Origin: Lentisphaeria bacterium
Lineage (GTDB): Bacteria > Verrucomicrobiota > Lentisphaeria > JABSQK01 > JAWLHB01
Assembly: GCA_041690595.1 (NCBI GenBank)
Contig: JAWLHB010000017.1
Span: 62,001-126,000, forward strand
Length of the DNA stretch: 64,000 bases
Direction of reading: 5' to 3'
Shown here: positions 60,897 to 64,000 of the stretch, in pieces
Position numbering within the stretch: position 1 is the first letter of the stretch
Layout: each line of letters starts with the position of its first letter
Made by a program: the position numbers and the translations under genes
The notes under the pieces: model-generated
What the model was told of the DNA's origin: nothing
Databases searched by the model: none
The model's input: only the letters and a program-made list of their open reading frames with translations

Positions 60897-62111
60897 ATGC
60901 AAACAACACCAAAGGGCCTGCGGCTGCATATCGGCATTTTTGGCCGGCGAAATGTCGGCAAATCATCGCTGATCAACGCCCTGACGCATCAGGATGTGGC
61001 CATCGTCTCGGAAGTTGCCGGAACGACGACGGATCCGGTGGAGAAGGCGATGGAGGTGCAACCGATCGGTCCGGTGCTGTTCGTGGATACCGCGGGTATC
61101 GACGACATCGGGGCGCTTGGTGAGGCGCGAGTGGCGAAGACGAAAAAGGCCGTCGAGCGGACGGACCTCGCCATTCTGGTGACGGACGAGTGGCTGCGCT
61201 ATGAAGACGAGCTGCTGACACTCTTCCGGGACAAGGGGCTCCCGGTCCTGATTGTGGCCAACAAGTCTGACCTCGGCCGCGTGGAACTGCCGGCATACGT
61301 TGAGAAAAGCTATCCCGTAAGTGCCACGACCGGCGAGGGTATGGTAGAGCTGCGGCTGGGGATCATTGAGTCCGTACCGGATGAGTTCATCAATCCGCCG
61401 AGCATCATTGGCGATCTGGTCGGGCCTGGCGATGTGGCGGTCCTGGTGGTACCGATCGACAAGGAGGCGCCCAAAGGGCGGCTGATCTTGCCGCAGGTGC
61501 AGACAATCCGGGATCTGCTGGACAACGATGCCGCGGCAATCGTGGTAAAGGAGCGGGAACTGGCGAGCGTACTCGGCCGTTTCGCGCAGCCGCCGGCGAT
61601 TGTGGTGACGGACAGCCAGGCCTTTCTGAAGGTGGCCGCGGATACGCCGCCGCGGATACCCATGACCAGCTTTTCGATACTTTTCGCACGGTACAAGGGA
61701 GATCTGGCAGAGATGGCCCGGGGGGCGGTGCAGATCGAGAGCTTGAAGCCGGGTGACCGGGTGCTGATCGCGGAATCGTGCACGCATCATCCCATCGCCG
61801 ACGACATTGGCCGCGTGAAGATTCCACGATGGCTGGAGCAATTCGTGGGCGGGAAGCTGGCGATCGACACCTTTGCGGGGCATGATTTTCCGGAGACGAT
61901 CGGAGAGTACAAGCTGATTATCCACTGCGGCGGCTGTGTCACCAATCGCCGGGAGATGCTCAGCCGCATCGAGAAGGCCCGGGCCGCGGGGGTGGCGATC
62001 ACCAATTACGGGCTCTGCATCGCCTACACGCTGGGAACGTTCGATCGGGCGCTGCGGCCGTTTCCGCATGCCTATGAGGTTTATCGCGAAGCCCTCGCCG
62101 CAGTGCAATGA
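60897..62111 (+). CDS. hydF: [FeFe]-hydrogenase maturation GTPase HydF
   Basis: GRRNVGKS, DTAG, NKSD, ESCTHH, HCGGC, TNYG. Confidence 0.97.
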   Translation: MQTTPKGLRLHIGIFGRRNVGKSSLINALTHQDVAIVSEVAGTTTDPVEKAMEVQPIGPVLFVDTAGIDDIGALGEARVAKTKKAVERTDLAILVTDEWLRYEDELLTLFRDKGLPVLIVANKSDLGRVELPAYVEKSYPVSATTGEGMVELRLGIIESVPDEFINPPSIIGDLVGPGDVAVLVVPIDKEAPKGRLILPQVQTIRDLLDNDAAAIVVKERELASVLGRFAQPPAIVVTDSQAFLKVAADTPPRIPMTSFSILFARYKGDLAEMARGAVQIESLKPGDRVLIAESCTHHPIADDIGRVKIPRWLEQFVGGKLAIDTFAGHDFPETIGEYKLIIHCGGCVTNRREMLSRIEKARAAGVAITNYGLCIAYTLGTFDRALRPFPHAYEVYREALAAVQ

Positions 62112-62121
62112 ATCGCGCCGT

Positions 62122-64000
62122 TCACCATCGATAGTTCATGGTAAGGACGAGGTTGCGGCCAGGCTCGTTGATACCGCTGCCATGGATACGCCAGCTCTCG
62201 TCGGTGACGTTTTCCAAGGCAATGGCGAGGTCAAGATTGTCGGTCAGGGCGTATCCGGCCCTCAGGTCGAGCACTTCATAACCGGGGGTGCCGTCCGGCG
62301 GAAAGCGGTTGTCGCCCCGCTCCGCGTCGGTCATCTTCTTCTCGTCATCGGCTATGGAGAGAACGGCTTCGATCCAGAGGGGGAGATGCGCGGGGGCATA
62401 GCGGAGACCAGTGTTCAGCATGAGTGGATGCTGCCGTGAAAGGGGGCGCCAGGCTCTTGGTCCACTTAGATCCGCGTCGGCCCAGGTTAACTCGCGACCT
62501 TCCTGCCAGGCGAAGCTGCCAAAGAGCAGCCATTGCTCGGTCAGCTTGCAGGAGGCACTCAGTTCGACGCCCTGATTGTAACCTTTGTCCAGATTGCGTT
62601 TGGTAACGGGAGTTTCGAGGCGAAAGATCTGGTCGCGAATGTCGGTGTAGTACCAGACCGCCTGGAGGGCGGCCCGTGGCCAACGGCTCTTGATGCCGGC
62701 TTCCCAGGTGGTAAATCGTTCGGAATCCAAGTCAGCGGTGGGTGCTTCAACTCCACCGCCGAACTCGCCATCGCGCGTGGCATCGGAAAGATTCGGGGCC
62801 CGAAAACCCTGCGATACGCCGGCATACAGATTCAGGCGATTCTGGTCAAGCATGCGGTAGAGCAGCCTGCCGCTGGCAGTGACCGCGTCCCAATGACCGC
62901 GCAATGGACGATCTTCGCCACTGAAGTTGACATGGCCGGCATCCATTTCGGCATAAGTGTAGCGTATGCCGGTCGTCAGTTCGAAGCGCTCGCCAAGGGG
63001 AAGCTCGTGCTGGATGAAGATGCCTGCCAGCGTATAGGTACTGTCGTCGGCGACTTCGCCTTGAATCCGGTCAATACGTTGACCGCTCTTGATGTCATGA
63101 CCGACCGCGGAGACGAAGTCGTGGTAAATGTCGGCGCCATAGTTCCAGGTGCCAAAGGCGGAGGGAGTCTGAAGACGCAGGCGGGCTCCCAACGTATCGA
63201 CGGTGGTGTGTCGGCGTTCCTGATCACCGCTGTGCTTGATTCGGTGGTACTCCTCAGCGATTCGCTGCCAGCTCAACTCCAAGTCGATCTCCTCGAAGAC
63301 TCCGGCGCCATTTCTGGATTCATAGCGAGTGAAGGCGGCTTCACGATCGTGGTCGTATGTGCGACGGAGGTCGGAGGTGCCACCTATGGTGCTGGTGCCC
63401 TCATGATCGAGATGGTGGATGGTGCGGTGAACGCGCTCGACGTCGTCCTGATCCCAGTGATCGATGCCAAAGACGAGTCTGGCGTCGTCATCGAACCAGC
63501 GAACCGCGCGCAGATTCCCGCCCCATTGCTCATAGGCGGTGCCAGGATTCCTCTCACCACCACCGGAAGTCAGATCGCCGAAATCCTGTCGGGTCAGCCC
63601 CAGCTTGAAGCTCCAGATGTCGTCAATGGCGAATGCTTGACGAAGGTGCTCGCTGAAGCTTTTTTCGGCACTGGAATAGCGCAGGAGGGCGGCGCCTTCT
63701 CCAGGCTGCAGGGCAGCCCCCTCCACGCCACGTGCCGGCAGACGGCTCCGCGCCAGAACGACACCACCGATAGCATCGCTGCCGTACAGGACGGAGGAGG
63801 GTCCCATGAGGAGTTCGACATCGTCGTAGAAGCAGGCATCGATCAGGCTCCAATATTGATTCGGCCCCTCTCGAAAGGTGGAGTTGTTCAGCCGTACGCC
63901 ATCCGACAGTAGCACAACCCGCTGGCCGGTGAAGCCGCGCAGGAAGGGGGAGGTCATACCGTGTCCCGTCTTCTGGTTCATGACGCCGGGCAGTTCCTGC
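62122..64000 (-). CDS. TonB-dependent receptor (5' end beyond the window)
   Basis: Plug SPFLRGFTG.RV....DGVRLN, GPSSVLYGSDAIGG, QGFRAPN, ENVTD; C-terminal GRN...NYRW. Confidence 0.93.
   Translation of the reverse strand, partial: QELPGVMNQKTGHGMTSPFLRGFTGQRVVLLSDGVRLNNSTFREGPNQYWSLIDACFYDDVELLMGPSSVLYGSDAIGGVVLARSRLPARGVEGAALQPGEGAALLRYSSAEKSFSEHLRQAFAIDDIWSFKLGLTRQDFGDLTSGGGERNPGTAYEQWGGNLRAVRWFDDDARLVFGIDHWDQDDVERVHRTIHHLDHEGTSTIGGTSDLRRTYDHDREAAFTRYESRNGAGVFEEIDLELSWQRIAEEYHRIKHSGDQERRHTTVDTLGARLRLQTPSAFGTWNYGADIYHDFVSAVGHDIKSGQRIDRIQGEVADDSTYTLAGIFIQHELPLGERFELTTGIRYTYAEMDAGHVNFSGEDRPLRGHWDAVTASGRLLYRMLDQNRLNLYAGVSQGFRAPNLSDATRDGEFGGGVEAPTADLDSERFTTWEAGIKSRWPRAALQAVWYYTDIRDQIFRLETPVTKRNLDKGYNQGVELSASCKLTEQWLLFGSFAWQEGRELTWADADLSGPRAWRPLSRQHPLMLNTGLRYAPAHLPLWIEAVLSIADDEKKMTDAERGDNRFPPDGTPGYEVLDLRAGYALTDNLDLAIALENVTDESWRIHGSGINEPGRNLVLTMNYRW

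Overview
Bacterial window, probably from an anaerobic PVC-superphylum organism. It looks Lentisphaerota-like, inferred from Gly-less prepilin leaders, a Verru/Chthon-type pseudopilin cassette and a Chlamydia/spirochaete-type ParC/ParE. (1) 1-16285, minus strand: a giant secreted protein absent from the ORF track. It is >5400 aa, runs off the left edge and has ~48 BACON-like repeats alternating in an A/B pattern; a small secreted protein gene lies just upstream. (2) 18.4-26.9 kb: a pseudopilin cassette whose first gene is a 1468-aa pilin-adhesin fusion. Two paralogous ~50-aa double-glycine-motif peptide genes precede it, and a TMTC-like GT-C/TPR glycosyltransferase gene is divergent from them. 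(3) 30.5-40 kb: a GntR-regulated prepilin + glycoside-hydrolase-like operon, an aldolase and an MtaA/UroD-family methyltransferase. (4) 40-43 kb: a type III PKS / methyltransferase / FAD-monooxygenase trio. (5) 43-45 kb: TM1266-hydG behind a structured leader with terminator/antiterminator geometry (candidate riboswitch). (6) A TIGR03546/03545-like fusion, a TerB-family gene and parCE. (7) 52-62 kb: a Rex-controlled trimeric, probably electron-bifurcating [FeFe]-hydrogenase, followed by a sensory hydrogenase-histidine kinase, a response regulator, a hybrid kinase and hydF. (8) A partial TonB-dependent receptor. All family calls come from motif recognition by eye; no database searches were run.
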